This document shows positions 52,246-64,000 of a stretch of 64,000 bases of DNA, in pieces. The first letter of the stretch is position 1, and every line of letters starts with the position of its first letter. The translations under genes were made by a program, and so were the position numbers. Under the pieces are notes generated by a model. That model was not told where the DNA came from and searched no databases. It saw nothing but the letters and a program-made list of their open reading frames with translations. The stretch is from the human T2T-CHM13v2.0 reference genome, Homo sapiens. The DNA lies in the NCBI RefSeq assembly GCF_009914755.1, contig NC_060944.1; one strand, 5' to 3'.

Positions 52246-53039
52246 TATTCAACTCTCTACCCTCAATATATTTGGCTGTTATTATTCTGGTTTACATGTA
52301 TCATAATTTAACCAGTTCCCTACTGGTGGATGTCTAGGTTTCCCCGATGTTTTGCTATTAAAAACACACATGGTACACGTTTTTCTAGATCGGGCAGGGT
52401 TTGCCCATCTCCACTTCAAGCAGCACAACCACCATCTGCCAGTGTTGGGGTTTACTCTACAGTCAGCAAACACTGTTGGCACATCCAGTCAGAGAAACTG
52501 AAAACAGAAAGCAGAAATGGCTTACACTGGACTAATTTTAGAATTTCTAAGTACATTTAAGTGATGACTCATCCCACTTAAATTCAAAGCTGTTTGTTGT
52601 GCCATCTGGCTCATCAGAACATGAAAGACTTCTCCTGCAACCTGGAAAAAGGCCAGAGAGGAAGACGAATGGAGGAGTCAACCCCATGGGAATGCTGACT
52701 GAGTGTTAGCTCCCCGTGGACAGGAATGTCACTGCATGAATAGGCTGCAGTATGTCTGGGCCTGTTTTTTTTTCATAAAATGTTCCCCCCCTGTTTTTTT
52801 CTTATTCCAAAGCAATGCAACAAAAAGCACAAGAAATCAAAAAGGAAAAAATAGATATTGGACTTCATCAAAATGAAAAACTTTTGTGCTTCAAAGGAAA
52901 TGGAAAGAAAGTGAAAAAACAACTGAGGGAATGGAAGAAAATATTCTCAAATCATCATCTAACAAAGGTTGTGTTAGTCTGTTCAGGTTGCTGTAACAAA
53001 ATATCATTTCAGGTCACCAGGTGGCTTAAACAACAGATT

Positions 53040-53861
<822 letters not shown>

Positions 53862-54522
53862 TAACGTGATTCGCCTGTCTTGGCCTCCCAAAGTGCTGGG
53901 ATTACAGGCGTGAACCACTGTGTCAGACAGAGTAGACTCCGTCTTAAAGAAAAAAAAGTTTTGGTGCCATTCCATGCAACGTGGAGAGAAATGTGGCATT
54001 CAGGAGGGAAGGCTCCCAGACGCTTAACTCTCCACTCCAGGCCAGCTTTCTGGAGGCACCAGGGCTTTGTCAACGCATAGATGAGGAGTCAGCCATTGAG
54101 TGTGACAGTGTGAGGCAGTGGAGAAGGCATAGAAGCTGGAAGCTGGAAGTCCTGCCTTCCTAAACCACAGCTGCTTCTTACCAGCTGTGTTACCTTAAGT
54201 AGGTCCCTTAACCTCTCTGAATCTCATCGCAAAGTGCGGTTCGAATAGAGCAGGATCATTGAGAGGATTCAGTGAAGTATTTACTCTTGAAACCCTTAGC
54301 ATGGAGCCTGGCAAGTACCAGGTGCTTAGGAACAATCCTTCATTATCACACCAAAAAAGGTGCTGTGGACACCCAAGGAAACAAAATCCCTTCGATAAAG
54401 AATTTTAAAATTTTAGTCTTATGAACCGTGCTATGTATTCTCCTGCCTTTTTGACAGAATAGACTGAACATCCTTTAACCTTTTTTGATGGTGCAAGATC
54501 ATCTCTTATAAGACAAAAATTC

Positions 54523-56302
<1,780 letters not shown>

Positions 56303-57064
56303 GCCCCTACTCATTCTTAATCACACCACCTGACTTTCTCCACATTGATCACATTAGGATATTATCTTGTTTATTTACAGAAAATCTGTGTCCCTCTTCA
56401 GTGCACTGGACTCTTCGGTGCACTGGATGCTCAATGCAGGCACTAAGTTTTGTCTGACTTACCACTGGTTGTATGCCCTGCTCACAGCTGGTGAATGAGT
56501 GATTGGAAACACACCTGCTTCCTTGATTTAGGCCTCTGGGAAACAAGGGCAAGGTAAGTTCAGGAAGAAGAAAGACCTCGTAATTTCCAGGTAGGAAAAA
56601 TCCTTTGGTGTGGCCGTGAGACACTGCATTCTTCTTGGCCACAGCTCCCTCTGCTTTGAGAATCACATAATCAACTTTATCTTTCTCTGAATCGTTCACA
56701 TAAAAGGGAGGTGTTGGAACACAAGGTGGAAATGGGTGTGTTGGCGGTGGCTGAGGAAGTCGGGGCAGGAGGAGCCACTGTTTCTGGGAATGAATTCCTG
56801 AAACTTGCTGGTCCCACCAAGATGCAAATCTTGCGGCAGTTTTTACAGTTATCCTGTGGAAGAAGTGAGGATCCCACTCCAAGCCCAGGTCAGAATGCTG
56901 ATAATCCCCTCTGATCAGGTTTTTTTAATTTTATTTTTATTTTTTGTGGTTTGGGGAAGATTTGTCAACTGTATCCTCTTTTCTGGCAAGGAAAATTTAT
57001 ATCTGCCCAATGAAATCAGGAATTTAACTTCATTCATTCAACAGTTATTTAATTCTATCCTCTA

Positions 57065-58772
<1,708 letters not shown>

Positions 58773-58836
58773 AACCTCTCCAAGAAAAAAATCTTACTGA
58801 AATTTTAATTGGAATTGTATTCAATTTATATCATAA

Positions 58837-63688
<4,852 letters not shown>

Positions 63689-64000
63689 TAATGGCTGCAT
63701 TTTGTTTCCCTTCCACCAATGCTTCCAAAGCTGCTTAGTAATGACATTCAAAACAGAATCTGCCAAGATAAGACACCTTTTGAATAGCAATAGGAAAAGT
63801 ATCTGCAAATCCTGACTTCTCAACCAGCCCTGCCCTAGTGTCTAAGCTCCGACGGGCTGAAAAATGGGCATTTTCTAAGTCATTTCTCCTGATCCAAGAT
63901 CTTGAAACTCTTCAAACTTATAAATTAGGCCACCTGCTGAGCAATCCTGTAGGCCCTGTCCTAAGATGACTCAGGGCAGTCTCTTCTTTTCCCTGTAACC

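Noticed and set aside
56349-56882. 177-aa minus-strand ORF in unique sequence
   Set aside because: Non-ATG start, no recognisable domain; the + strand splice signals are the better-supported feature

Overview
Human (primate) genomic DNA that I recognise as chr20q13.31. It is Alu-dense and has no prokaryotic features. On the + strand are the last four coding exons and 3' UTR of RTF2 (RTFDC1/C20orf43; 10819-15759), followed by the tandem spermatid genes FAM209A (22303-23564) and FAM209B (30830-33929), each with two exons and 171 aa. From memory, the non-coding 5' part of GCNT7 runs antisense across about 1-23.4 kb, and I found candidate minus-strand exons that fit this. From about 35 kb to the end the sequence is intergenic and mostly Alu, L1, LTR and DNA-transposon remnants, including a MER41A-type solo LTR with TSDs; a MER11 solo LTR with TSDs sits between RTF2 and FAM209A. 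I see no wholly new gene system. The most interesting signals are: (1) mosaic FAM209A/B identity, with near-identical promoter, intron start and 3' UTR but about 10% mostly non-synonymous divergence in exon 2, including loss of an NLS-like motif; (2) a reconstructable duplication history, with a chimeric Alu breakpoint and a microhomology deletion; (3) a sense/antisense module with an ETS-CRE element, a dual-use branch-point/antisense-donor motif and antisense exon candidates. Repeat family names are from memory of consensus sequences and their boundaries are approximate.
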